Positions 55,248 to 64,000 of a stretch of DNA of 64,000 bases are shown here, in pieces. The number at the start of each line of letters is the position of its first letter. Position 1 is the first letter of the stretch. Source of the DNA: an uncultured Armatimonadia bacterium (lineage in GTDB: Bacteria > Armatimonadota > Zipacnadia > Zipacnadales > VGFC01); the NCBI GenBank assembly GCA_964555935.1, contig CAZKUN010000007.1:22474-86473 (forward strand), written 5' to 3'. The notes below the pieces were generated by a model. That model saw only the letters and a program-made list of their open reading frames with translations, ran no database searches and was not told where the DNA came from. The position numbers were made by a program, and so were the translations under genes.

Positions 55248-56531
55248 ATGACAACCGTACTTGATAGAGATAAGGAAGCGCTGAAGAATGTCGAGCTGAT
55301 GATCCTCGAGCAGGACATGCCGAGCGAGAAGCTCGATGATCCGGCGGCGGCGATGCGAGAGGCCGTTTGCTCATCAGGCCTCCCCGCGCGCATCAAGCCG
55401 GGCATGAGCGTATGCATCGGCGCCGGCAGCCGCGGCATCGCCAACATGCCGATCATGCTGCGGACAGTCGCCGAGATCGTCCGCGAGCAGGGCGCGGAGC
55501 CCTTCTTCATCCCCGCGATGGGCAGTCACGGCGGCGCGACCGCCGGGGGCCAGTTGGAGTTGCTCGGCGACCTCGGTGTCACCGTCGAATCGGTGGGGGC
55601 TCCGATTCGGGCGACGATGGACACCGTCCAGCTCGGGGAGACGCCCCAGGGCGTGCCCGTCTTCATGGACAGGTACGCTGCCGCCGCCGATGGCGTCATA
55701 GCCGTCAACCGCATCAAGTCTCACACAGACCATCGCGGCGTGACCGAGAGCGGCCCCACCAAGATGCTCGCCATCGGTTTCGGCAAGCAGCAGATGGCCT
55801 CGCGGGTTCACCCGTACGGCGCCGATGGGCTGACGAACATCATCCCCGCCGCGGCCGAGATCATGCTCCGCGAGCGCCCCGTGCTCGGCGGTATCGCCAT
55901 CATCGACAACGCCTACGCCCAGACCGCCGAGATCCACGTGCTCGAACTCGATGGTTGGCGCGAGGCCGAAATCAAGCTCCTCAAACGCTCCAAGGAACTC
56001 GCCGGGAGCCTGCCGTTTGATGTCATCGACGTCTGCGTCCTGATGCGCATCGGCAAGGAGATCAGCGGCACCTGTCTCGATGCCAATGTCGTCGCTCGCA
56101 TCATGATGGATGGCGTCGAGGAGCCGCCCTCGCCCAAGATTCACACCCTCGCCGCGCTCGATCTCACCGATGCCTCCCACGGCAACGCGGTCGGAATCGG
56201 GCTCTGCGACGTGACGGTCAAGCGCCTGGCTGACAAGATCGACTTCGACGCGATGTACACAAACGCCATCACGGCAACATTCTTCAACCGCTGCAAGCTG
56301 CCGATGGTCCTGCCGACCGACGAGCGCCTGCTTCAAGTCTCTCTCGGCACGCTCGACGACCATCGCCGCGTGGCGCCGAGGCTGTGCATCATCGAGGACA
56401 CGCTGAAGCTCGACCGCCTGTGGGTCTCGCCCGCGCTGGCCGAGGATGCCAAGGACAATGCCAACGTCCGCGTCGTCTCGGGCCCGCACCCGCTCGCATT
56501 TGACGATGAGGGCGCGCTGAGCCTGCCGTAG
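55248..56531 (+). CDS. LarA-like (DUF2088, lactate racemase N-terminal domain) / DUF362-like protein
   Basis: IKPG...GAGSRGIANMP and NRIKSHTDHRGVTESGPTKM resemble the LarA KPG and HxxxxGxSGGxK blocks by recall. No larB/C/E nearby. Confidence 0.5.
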   Translation: MTTVLDRDKEALKNVELMILEQDMPSEKLDDPAAAMREAVCSSGLPARIKPGMSVCIGAGSRGIANMPIMLRTVAEIVREQGAEPFFIPAMGSHGGATAGGQLELLGDLGVTVESVGAPIRATMDTVQLGETPQGVPVFMDRYAAAADGVIAVNRIKSHTDHRGVTESGPTKMLAIGFGKQQMASRVHPYGADGLTNIIPAAAEIMLRERPVLGGIAIIDNAYAQTAEIHVLELDGWREAEIKLLKRSKELAGSLPFDVIDVCVLMRIGKEISGTCLDANVVARIMMDGVEEPPSPKIHTLAALDLTDASHGNAVGIGLCDVTVKRLADKIDFDAMYTNAITATFFNRCKLPMVLPTDERLLQVSLGTLDDHRRVAPRLCIIEDTLKLDRLWVSPALAEDAKDNANVRVVSGPHPLAFDDEGALSLP

Positions 56532-56546
56532 CGAGGAGCGACGAAA

Positions 56547-58127
56547 ATGGTCGCGTGTAGACTATCGATTGCCCTCGCGGCCCTGTCGGTCGCGACCCTT
56601 GCAGCCGCCCAACGCCCGCTGCCTTGGAGGGGACCGGACATGCCCAAGATGACGGGTCTGATCCAGAACCAGGACTGCACCGACTTCTTCGGCCAGCACG
56701 ACGTCGCCGGCGGCGACGGCGGCGCGATGCTCGACGCCTACATCGACACCCTCGCCGAGGCGGGCGTGACGGTGATGATGGTCAACACCAACGCGCGCAA
56801 GACCAACTACAAGAGCGATGTCTGGGAGTCGTTCTGGGACGGCTACGATCCCGAAGGCGCCGACGACCAGCCCATCTTCGCGTCGATTCCCGCCGACCGC
56901 AGGGACGGCTATCGGAAGCTGATCCATAGCATGTGGGCGCTGGACGACCAAGGCGTCGATTACCCCGCCCGGGCCGCTGAGCACTGCCGCGCGCGAGGGA
57001 TCTCGCCGTGGATCACCCTCCGCATGAACGACGTGCATGATAACGACAACCTCGCCCACCCCTTCCACGGCGAGCTGTGGCGAGACGCGAAGTACCATCG
57101 AGGCGGGCCGCCGACTTACTATTCTCGCGGCCTCGATTACGCTCACCCGGAGGTCCGAGAGACTTACCGCACCCTCGTCTCGGAGACCCTTTCGCGCTAC
57201 GATATCGACGGACTCGAACTCGACTTCATGCGCGAGCCATACCTCTTCAAGCCCGGCGCCGAAGAGGAGGGCGCGAAGATCCTCCGCGAGTGGCTGCGTG
57301 GCGTCCGCCGCCTCGTTCACGACGCGAGCGTCCGGCGCGGGCACCCAATCTACCTCGGCGTCCGCGTCCCGTCGCGGATCGATGTCGCCCAGAGCTGGGG
57401 CCTCGACGCCGTCGGCTGGGCGAAGGACGGTCTGGTCGACCTCGTCGTGCCCACGCCCCGCTGGTCGACACTGGAGTACGACATGCCACTGGCCGAGTGG
57501 CGCGAAGCCCTCGACGGCACGGGAGTCACGCTGGCGGGCGGGCTTGAGGTGCTGCACAGGCCGCTGCCGAACGGTCCGCCGGTCCATGTCTCAACCGCGC
57601 AAGCCGCGGGCGCGGCCGCCTCGGTACTTGCGGGCGGCGCGGATGTGGTGTACCTCTTCAACTACTTCGCGCGCGACGGCTCCCACCCGGCGTGGTCGCG
57701 CGAGGATTACATCCGCACGCTGGACGCCATGTCGTCGCTCGTCGCGCTGAACGCCCTGCCCCGTCGTCACGCCATCACCTGGCGAGACATCACCGGTCGC
57801 GACGAGGCGTATGCTCCGCCGTTCCCGGCGGAGGGTGAGACGCTGGAGTTCGCCCTGCCGACCAGCCCGCCGCCACCCGAGGGAGCCTCGGCGTCGGTTG
57901 AGATCACCCTCGCGCAACCTCCCTCCGCGGAAGCCCCGGCCGAACTCTCGGTCAACGACCAGCCCTGCGAGTTCGATGGGCAGACGGCCAAAGGTGACGC
58001 CGAGACGGTTCTGAGATACACTGTCTCTGTCTCGGCCCTCGGCGCCGACCCGCATGACCGCATCACGATCCGCGCGACCGGCGGCAGCATCCGCGTCGTC
58101 GGCGTCGAGATCGCGATCACGCCATAG
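56547..58127 (+). CDS. secreted glycoside-hydrolase-like TIM-barrel protein (GH-like, DUF4015/GHL-type)
   Basis: Signal peptide. Acidic catalytic-type motifs (GLELDFMREP). Aromatic-rich. Confidence 0.55.
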   Translation: MVACRLSIALAALSVATLAAAQRPLPWRGPDMPKMTGLIQNQDCTDFFGQHDVAGGDGGAMLDAYIDTLAEAGVTVMMVNTNARKTNYKSDVWESFWDGYDPEGADDQPIFASIPADRRDGYRKLIHSMWALDDQGVDYPARAAEHCRARGISPWITLRMNDVHDNDNLAHPFHGELWRDAKYHRGGPPTYYSRGLDYAHPEVRETYRTLVSETLSRYDIDGLELDFMREPYLFKPGAEEEGAKILREWLRGVRRLVHDASVRRGHPIYLGVRVPSRIDVAQSWGLDAVGWAKDGLVDLVVPTPRWSTLEYDMPLAEWREALDGTGVTLAGGLEVLHRPLPNGPPVHVSTAQAAGAAASVLAGGADVVYLFNYFARDGSHPAWSREDYIRTLDAMSSLVALNALPRRHAITWRDITGRDEAYAPPFPAEGETLEFALPTSPPPPEGASASVEITLAQPPSAEAPAELSVNDQPCEFDGQTAKGDAETVLRYTVSVSALGADPHDRITIRATGGSIRVVGVEIAITP

Positions 58128-58150
58128 CCGCTCAAGGAGGACGCAACGCA

Positions 58151-58996
58151 ATGGAGTTCCGAGTGAGGCTGGCGCAGATAACGCCGACGCTGGGCGATGT
58201 CGAGGCCAATCTCGAACGGCACCTGGAGATCATCGGCGACGCGGAAAGCGCCGACATCGACCTCGTCGTCTTCCCGGAGATGAGCCTCTGCGGCTACCAT
58301 GTCCGCGATCTCGCGGCGGAGGTCGCGCTGGTCGATGGTTCGCCTCAACTGGGCGCGCTCGCCGCTGCTACCACCAAGACCTCCGCCGTCGTGGGCTATG
58401 TCGCGGAGTCGCTGAGTTACGAGTTGCACGTGGCGGCCGGCTACTTCGACACGGGGAATCTCCTGCACGTGCACCACAAGATCTACCTGCCGACTTACGG
58501 CATGTTCGACGAGCAACGCTACTTCGCTAACGGGCACCACGTCCGCGCCTTCGACGCGCGCCTTGCGCCCATGGGGATGCTCATCTGTGAGGACGTCTGG
58601 CACCCGTCAAACCCCTACATCCTCGCCCACGACGGCGCGCAGGTGATCGTCGTCATCGCCAACAGCCCCGCCCGAGGCCCGCGTGACGGCAGCTGGGACA
58701 CCGCGGAGGCGTATGAGGCGATGCTCCGCACGTACGCCGAGCTGTTCGGGTGCTATGTCATCTTCGTGAATCGCGTCGGCTATGAAGAGGGCATTCACTT
58801 TTGGGGTGGCTCGCGCGTCATCGCTCCCAGCGGCGCTGAGGCTGCCCGCGCGCCACTGGGCGAGGAAGCTCTCGTCGATGCCACCATCGATCTCGAGCAA
58901 GTGCGACTGGCCCGCATCGCCACGCCGCTCCTGGCCGACGAAAACCTGGACCTGACCATTCGAGAGTTGAAGAGGATTCGCGATGAGCGCGCTTGA
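58151..58996 (+). CDS. carbon-nitrogen hydrolase (nitrilase superfamily); glutaminase subunit of split NAD+ synthetase
   Basis: E-K-C triad context: [24 protein letters not shown]. Ends 14 nt inside the next ORF. Confidence 0.8.
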   Translation: MEFRVRLAQITPTLGDVEANLERHLEIIGDAESADIDLVVFPEMSLCGYHVRDLAAEVALVDGSPQLGALAAATTKTSAVVGYVAESLSYELHVAAGYFDTGNLLHVHHKIYLPTYGMFDEQRYFANGHHVRAFDARLAPMGMLICEDVWHPSNPYILAHDGAQVIVVIANSPARGPRDGSWDTAEAYEAMLRTYAELFGCYVIFVNRVGYEEGIHFWGGSRVIAPSGAEAARAPLGEEALVDATIDLEQVRLARIATPLLADENLDLTIRELKRIRDERA

Positions 58997-59804
58997 CATC
59001 GACTGCCCTCTGGTTGAGCAGACCCTCTGCGGTTTCATCAACGAGGAGATCGGCAAATTCGGCGTGGGCAAGGCCGTCTTCGGCATGTCCGGCGGGATCG
59101 ACTCCACCGTCTCCGCCTACCTTGCCGCGCGGGCTCTCGGGCCTGAGAACGTGCTGGGCATTATCATGCCATACAAACTCAGCAACCCCGAAAGCCAGGC
59201 GCACGCCGAACTGGCCGCCGTCGACCTCGGCATCGAGACGCTGGTTGTCGACATCACCCCAATGATCGATGCCTACTTTGAGGTCTTCCCCGACGCCGAC
59301 AACTCCCGGCGCGGCAACAAGATGGCTCGCGAGCGCATGACGATCCTCTACGATCACTCCGCTCGCCTGGGTGCCATGGTCCTTGGGACCAGCAATAAGA
59401 CCGAGATCCTCCTCGGCTACACGACGATCTGGGGCGACATGGCCAGCGCCATCAACCCGATCGGTGACCTCTACAAGACCCAGCTCTGGCAGCTTGCCCG
59501 CCATCTCAACGTGCCCGCGCCCATCATCGACAAGAAACCCTCGGCCGACCTCTGGGAGGGCCAGACCGACGAGGGAGAGTTGGGATTCACCTACGAGGAT
59601 GTCGACAAAGTCTTCTACGAGCTAATCGACCGCCGCCGCAAGGTTGATGAGATCGTCGCCGATGGCTTCGACCGGGCTTTCGTCGAGAAAGCCTATCGCA
59701 TGGTCCGCGATTCACAATACAAGCGGCGCATGCCTCTCATCGCGAAGCTCTCACACCGCAGCATGGACCGCGACTTTCGTTACTCGCGCGACTGGGGTCG
59801 GTAG
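58983..59804 (+). CDS. nadE: NAD+ synthetase (NadE) synthetase domain
   Basis: PP-loop SGGIDS. NadE blocks GTSNKTE, YGD, P-loop context. Start overlaps the CN-hydrolase stop. Confidence 0.85.
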   Translation: MSALDIDCPLVEQTLCGFINEEIGKFGVGKAVFGMSGGIDSTVSAYLAARALGPENVLGIIMPYKLSNPESQAHAELAAVDLGIETLVVDITPMIDAYFEVFPDADNSRRGNKMARERMTILYDHSARLGAMVLGTSNKTEILLGYTTIWGDMASAINPIGDLYKTQLWQLARHLNVPAPIIDKKPSADLWEGQTDEGELGFTYEDVDKVFYELIDRRRKVDEIVADGFDRAFVEKAYRMVRDSQYKRRMPLIAKLSHRSMDRDFRYSRDWGR

Positions 59805-59826
59805 TCGCGCCGACCAGGACTCAGTC

Positions 59827-60096
59827 ATGCCCTTCTCTCGTGACACGTCCCCCGAAGCTCGCGCCATCCTCATCAAGAGGATGCGTGAGATGACGCCAAC
59901 CGAGAAGTCGCGCCAGATGTGGGCGCTCACCCATACAGCGCGAGAGCTGTCACTTTCCGGCATCCGGCACCGTTACCCCGACGCAACCGACGATGAGATC
60001 CGTTGGCGCTTTACCGCTCTGCTGCATGGTAGGGACACGGCGCGGAAGATGTACGGATGGGACCCGGACGAGACCGGAGGCGATCATGACGGCTGA
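59827..60096 (+). CDS. hypothetical small protein (89 aa), translationally coupled to the downstream nucleotidyltransferase
   Basis: ATG 59827. Stop overlaps the downstream ATG (ATGA-type overlap at 60086..60096). Confidence 0.4.
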   Translation: MPFSRDTSPEARAILIKRMREMTPTEKSRQMWALTHTARELSLSGIRHRYPDATDDEIRWRFTALLHGRDTARKMYGWDPDETGGDHDG

Positions 60097-60480
60097 GCAA
60101 GACGCCGCCCTCCGAGTCCTGGAGATACTCGAGGACATGGGTGTCGGCTACGTCGTCGGGGGATCGTACGCCAGCTCTGTGCACGGCGTGCCTCGCTCAA
60201 CGAACGACTTGGACCTCACGGCGGCGAGGTCTCCGATGTTCAGTGGCGCGACGTGCTCCAAGTGCTCGTAGCGCAGGCCAGCCGGCTCGACATGGGGTAC
60301 CTTCATCAGGAAGCACAGCGGATGGGTCTGGACGTTCTGCTCATCGCTGCTCTGGACGAGGCCGAGCAGGCGCGCCAGACCGAATGGCCGGAGCCGTCTT
60401 CGCCCTCATGCCCGACCCGAGGATGTGGTAAGACTTCCGTACAGGTCACCACACCGTTACGAGGGCGCGTGGGCGCATGA
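60086..60480 (+). pseudogene. minimal nucleotidyltransferase (MNT-like) interrupted by a frameshift near 60225-60250
   Basis: Frame 2 encodes GGSYASSVHGVPRSTNDLDL (NTase G[GS]x9-13DxD core) and stops at 60271. Frame 1 from about 60202 continues with a typical family C-terminus DVQWRDVLQVLVAQASRLDMGYLHQEAQRMGLDVLL. Confidence 0.5.
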
Positions 60481-62036
60481 AACTCCGTCGCTTGCTGATC
60501 GCCGCGTACGTCATTGCCGGCGCCTTCGGGCTCGCGGCGACCGTATTCTGGCTGCGTCCGGGGCACGCGGCGCCCGATACCGTCCGATTGGCGCCCTTGG
60601 GCCTCGGTTTCGCGCTCGTGGCCGCCCTCACCACCGCGAACCTCCTCGTGCGCTGGCTGCGCTGGCACCTCCTGACGCGGTGTCTGGGGCTGTCCGTGCC
60701 CACGCGGTTGAGCGTCCGTCTCTACGCGGTCACGCTACCCACGCTGGCCACTCCGTTCTCCGCAGGCGAACTCATACGCGTCGCCCTATTGGCCCGGCAC
60801 CATCCTGGTCGGCGGGTTGGCCGCGCGGCCACGGCCGTCTGGATGCTTGAGCGGCTGTCCGACGTGATCGCCTTGGGCTTCTTCGTGCTAGTCGCGGTTC
60901 AGGCGTGGTCGCTGGTTGCCGCAGGCCTGCTGATGCTGGGAGCCCTGGGCTACCTGCTCCGGAATCGTCACGCGCTTCTCGAGCCCGCGTCGCTTGTTGG
61001 CATCGCCACGAGTACGGTCTTCGCATGGTCGCTGCCCATCGCTGGGCTCTGGGCGATGTTTGCCTTGCTCGGGGAGCCTATCACGGCCGCCGCCGCCGCG
61101 TATGGCTTCTCGAAGGGGACGCTCTGCGGCGGGTTGACGGGAGTGCCGATGGGTGCCGGCGTTGCCGGCTCGGCGATGATCGTCCACCTCCGAGCCGCTG
61201 GAGCCGCGGCGAGCCTGACCCCGATCGCCATCGCCGCATTTCGCGCCGCCACGGCGTGGTACGCCGTTGCGTTGGGGGCCCTGGTGCTCGTGCTGTGGCG
61301 CCGCGAGATCAGCGCCGGAGCCCCGGTTGGGTCGCGCCACTTCGACGAACTCGCACCAGCGTATTCGGAGGAAATCCCCGAGCATGTCCGCGCGCGACTG
61401 CTCGAGCGCAAGACAAGCGCCATGCGTGACGGCTTGGGCGATCTCCCCCCTCAATCCACGCACGGTCTAGACATCGGCTGCGGCCAGGGATGGTACGCGG
61501 AGGCAATGGGCTCTGAGGGCTATGATATGCTCGCCTGCGATGCCTCGTCCGGCCAGATTGGCGCCGCGCGAGCCGCTGATGGTGTCGACGCCGTCGTCGG
61601 CGACGCCACGGCATTGCCCTTTGATGCCGGCCGCTTCGACTTCGCCTACAGCATCAACATGATCCACCACATCGGTGATGCGGGCGCCCAGGAAGAAGCC
61701 CTCCGCGAGGCAATTCGCGTTCTGAAGCCGGGCGGCCGTTTCTTCCTGCACGAAATCAACACGGAGAACCCGCTCTTCCGCTTCTATATGGGTTACGTCT
61801 TCCCGCTCGTCCGCCGGATCGACGAGGGCACCGAGCGGTGGGTCCGCCCATCTCGCCTGCCTGAGGTGGACGGCGCCACGTGGTCGACGCAGGTCCGCTA
61901 CATGACCTTCATCCCAGACTTCGTACCCGCATCACTCATGCCGCTTGCCGCCAGGCTCGAATCTTGGCTTGAGCGTTCGTCGCTGCGCCAGTGGAGCGCG
62001 CACTACATCGCCTGCCTCACGAAGGAGGCGGGTTAG
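60477..62036 (+). CDS. fusion: flippase-like multi-TM domain (lysylphosphatidylglycerol-synthase TM region / UPF0104-like) plus class I SAM methyltransferase (Methyltransf_11)
   Basis: About 300-aa polytopic N-terminus. C-terminal LDIGCGQGWY motif I, acidic motif II (CDAS), VLKPGGRF motif. Confidence 0.7.
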   Translation: MKLRRLLIAAYVIAGAFGLAATVFWLRPGHAAPDTVRLAPLGLGFALVAALTTANLLVRWLRWHLLTRCLGLSVPTRLSVRLYAVTLPTLATPFSAGELIRVALLARHHPGRRVGRAATAVWMLERLSDVIALGFFVLVAVQAWSLVAAGLLMLGALGYLLRNRHALLEPASLVGIATSTVFAWSLPIAGLWAMFALLGEPITAAAAAYGFSKGTLCGGLTGVPMGAGVAGSAMIVHLRAAGAAASLTPIAIAAFRAATAWYAVALGALVLVLWRREISAGAPVGSRHFDELAPAYSEEIPEHVRARLLERKTSAMRDGLGDLPPQSTHGLDIGCGQGWYAEAMGSEGYDMLACDASSGQIGAARAADGVDAVVGDATALPFDAGRFDFAYSINMIHHIGDAGAQEEALREAIRVLKPGGRFFLHEINTENPLFRFYMGYVFPLVRRIDEGTERWVRPSRLPEVDGATWSTQVRYMTFIPDFVPASLMPLAARLESWLERSSLRQWSAHYIACLTKEAG

Positions 62037-62037
62037 C

Positions 62038-63573
62038 GTGCTGAGACGGCTCATACTCGTGCTCGCCTGGGCCCTTGCGATCGCCTGGGCCGTCACCTCC
62101 CTGTGGCACCCGTTTGGCCGCGACCAGGGCATCTTCGCCTGGGTGGGCGACACCATCTGCGACGGCGGCATGCCCTATCGCGATGCGTGGGAAGTCAAGG
62201 GCCCGCTCGCCGTCTACCCCTACGCGCTGACCCAAGCTGTCTTCGGCCGACAGATGTGGGCTATCCGCGTCCTCGACCTCATCCTCCTCGCCCTGGCTGC
62301 CGGGTCGCTCTACCTAATCGCGCGTCGCTTGTCGGGCGCCTTCGGAGGGCATGTGGCGGCGATTCTGCTGGTCATCTGGTACGGCACTCATGATTACTGG
62401 AACACCGCCCAGCCTGATGGCGCGGCGGCAATGCTTATGGTGCCGGCGATCGCGGCTCTGCTGTTGGGGTCCGAGCGCAGGTCGACGATCTGTCTCGGCG
62501 TGTCGGGTATCCTGGTGGCCGCGTGCGTCCTGCTCAAGCCGATCTATGGCGCGTTCCTCGCGCTCCCCATTGGATGGATCGTCCTGACAGCCCGCGGCGC
62601 GCGTCGATCCTCCGGATTGCTCGCATGCGCGTCTGGCTTTGTTGGCACCATCGGGCTCGTGGCGGCATGGTTTGCCTATCGAGGCGCGCTGGGCGACCTC
62701 ATCGAGGTCCAGTTCTCATTCAACCGGATCGTCCACCTCGCTGCCCACAAGCGCACCTTCGCCATGGCTCTTGGCGAGACGCTGGTCCATGGCAAGACCT
62801 ACTACGCCGCCGTCGCCGCGCCGCTCGCGGTCATCGGGCTTGGGTCCCTGGCGCGCAAGGACAGCCCGGCGCTCGCGCTGATCGCCGGCTGGGCTGCGAT
62901 AGCCCTCGCGTGCGTGTTCATCCAGGATAAGTTCTACGATTACCACTGGCTCATCATTCTCCCCCCACTCGCGCTGGTGGCGGCCCTTGGGGTCGCCGCT
63001 GCCGAGGGCCTGATCGAGCGCCCCTCCCAGTCGGATCCGCCCCGCTCACCCGTCGTGTCGCCATGCATCCTGGCCGTCGTGTTGGTCTTCACGGCTGGGC
63101 GCTTGGTGGGCACGGTGGAGCCCTTCGCGCGCGCGATCAAGACCGGCTCCTTTGCCAACTACTACGAGGGATTCGGCGGAGTGGGGGACTTCTCGTACGC
63201 CGCCGACCGCCAGGTCGCCGACTATCTGGGACGCCATTCCGCTGAGAATGACGCCGTCCTGGTGTGGGGTTTCGAGCCGATCATCAACTACCTCAGCGCT
63301 CGCCGAGTGCCGACCCGGTTCGGGTACAATTACCCCCTGACGCGCGGCGCGCAGAACCCATTCAACGAATCATACCGTCGCGAGTTCATGGAGGAACTGG
63401 CCGCATCGCCGCCGCTGTACATTGTCGTCGCCGACCAAGACGCCAACAACCTCATGCCGAAGACATCGAAGGAGTTTCTGCACGAGTTCCCCGAGTTGGA
63501 GTCCTACATCCACGACCACTATCAGCTCGAAGTGACGATCGAGGACTTCGACCTCCACCGCCGATCCCCGTAA
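62038..63573 (+). CDS. GT-C fold membrane glycosyltransferase (ArnT/PMT, GT39/GT83-like)
   Basis: GTG 62038 with gaaggagg RBS 10 nt upstream. Polytopic N-terminus with first-loop D-rich motif (RDQGIFAWVGDTICDGGMPYRD). Soluble C-terminal domain. Confidence 0.65.
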   Translation: MLRRLILVLAWALAIAWAVTSLWHPFGRDQGIFAWVGDTICDGGMPYRDAWEVKGPLAVYPYALTQAVFGRQMWAIRVLDLILLALAAGSLYLIARRLSGAFGGHVAAILLVIWYGTHDYWNTAQPDGAAAMLMVPAIAALLLGSERRSTICLGVSGILVAACVLLKPIYGAFLALPIGWIVLTARGARRSSGLLACASGFVGTIGLVAAWFAYRGALGDLIEVQFSFNRIVHLAAHKRTFAMALGETLVHGKTYYAAVAAPLAVIGLGSLARKDSPALALIAGWAAIALACVFIQDKFYDYHWLIILPPLALVAALGVAAAEGLIERPSQSDPPRSPVVSPCILAVVLVFTAGRLVGTVEPFARAIKTGSFANYYEGFGGVGDFSYAADRQVADYLGRHSAENDAVLVWGFEPIINYLSARRVPTRFGYNYPLTRGAQNPFNESYRREFMEELAASPPLYIVVADQDANNLMPKTSKEFLHEFPELESYIHDHYQLEVTIEDFDLHRRSP

Positions 63574-63733
63574 GAGAGGTCTCCGCCCGCGACGTTGGAA
63601 TACGTGCAGGTGGGCGGGAACGCCGGCCCCAAATCCGGGGCCTTCACAGTGTGAACCGCGTACCGGCACCCGCCGTGAGTTGGCTGGCTGCACCAGCACG
63701 CTCCGCATGGGCCGACTGCCGCGACAGACGAGA

Positions 63734-63766
63734 AAGGGCTCTCCCCGCGCATCGAGGAGAGCCCTT
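63734..63766. terminator. 11-bp perfect-stem hairpin (AAGGGCTCTCC / GGAGAGCCCTT, 11-nt loop) between convergent genes
   Basis: Seen directly. Lies between the GT-C gene stop (63573, +) and the H-X9-DG gene stop (63819, -). Flanking U-richness is only modest on either strand. Confidence 0.4.
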
Positions 63767-63818
63767 GCACCTGTTGTCTGGAGCGACCGGCTCAAGAGTT
63801 CCTGCCAGCACCCGTCAG

Positions 63819-64000
63819 CTACGGTCCGGCGTACTTATTGCTGGTGAGCGTGTCGAACTCCCAGTACTGCACCTTATTTCGGAACTTGACGTGCCCGTCG
63901 ACGAAGACAAAGTTGTTGCCCCCGTTGTGAATGGCATAGGCCGGATTGCCAGCGTGGAAGTTGGTGACCCAGGGAATGCCCCACGTTCTGGGGCAGACGC
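63819..64000 (-). CDS. C-terminal fragment of H-X9-DG (DUF1559) prepilin-like protein; 5' part lies outside the window
   Basis: Reverse translation from the window edge gives ...AIHNGGNNFVFVDGHVKFRNKVQYWEFDTLTSNKYAGP*. H-x9-DG spacing is exact. Stop at 63819-63821. Confidence 0.6.
   Translation of the reverse strand, partial: VCPRTWGIPWVTNFHAGNPAYAIHNGGNNFVFVDGHVKFRNKVQYWEFDTLTSNKYAGP

Noticed and set aside
54006-58603. Several 270-370-aa minus-strand ORFs opposite the Gfo/Idh/MocA - LarA-like - GH-like genes
   Set aside because: All are antisense to motif-supported plus-strand genes and have Arg/Ala/Gly-biased composition.
1-64000. CRISPR arrays, rRNA, transposases/IS elements, integrases, phage structural genes
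   Set aside because: No regularly spaced direct repeats, no recognisable mobile-element proteins and no rRNA-like segments were seen. Apart from 52496..52560, intergenic regions show no compositional island.

Overview
The window is 64 kb of high-GC (about 65-70%), densely coding bacterial chromosome with no rRNA, tRNA, CRISPR, transposase or integrase signal that I can support. The gene content is glycan- and sulfate-degrading and points to the PVC superphylum, most likely Planctomycetota: two Cys-type sulfatases, three uroporphyrinogen-decarboxylase-like (URO-D-like) paralogs, discoidin/CBM-bearing giant secreted proteins, a FAD-dependent oxidoreductase, a GH-like beta-propeller, an M66-like metalloprotease, and a C-terminal fragment of an H-X9-DG (DUF1559) pseudopilin-like protein at the right edge. 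Housekeeping anchors are ileS, a citramalate/isopropylmalate synthase, and a split glutamine-dependent NAD synthetase (CN-hydrolase plus NadE). The candidates most worth follow-up are: (1) a GspE/PilB-family secretion ATPase fused to an N-terminal excisionase-type HTH, sitting behind an AT-rich 12-bp perfect palindrome in otherwise GC-rich DNA and directly upstream of a 1398-aa surface protein; (2) a second, catalytically degenerate ATPase-domain-only GspE paralog; (3) a tight plus-strand operon of a SAF-domain protein, a small basic Zn-ribbon protein, a radical SAM enzyme with a SPASM/twitch-like C-terminus, a C45 Ntn-hydrolase and two URO-D-like proteins; (4) a YjgR/DUF853 HerA-like ATPase with a coiled-coil partner, a trypsin-like lipoprotein protease and a PD40 beta-propeller; (5) a flippase-like membrane domain fused to a SAM methyltransferase next to a GT-C glycosyltransferase; (6) a frameshifted nucleotidyltransferase (TA-like) module. 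All functional calls are from motif and family recognition by eye; no database searches were run.
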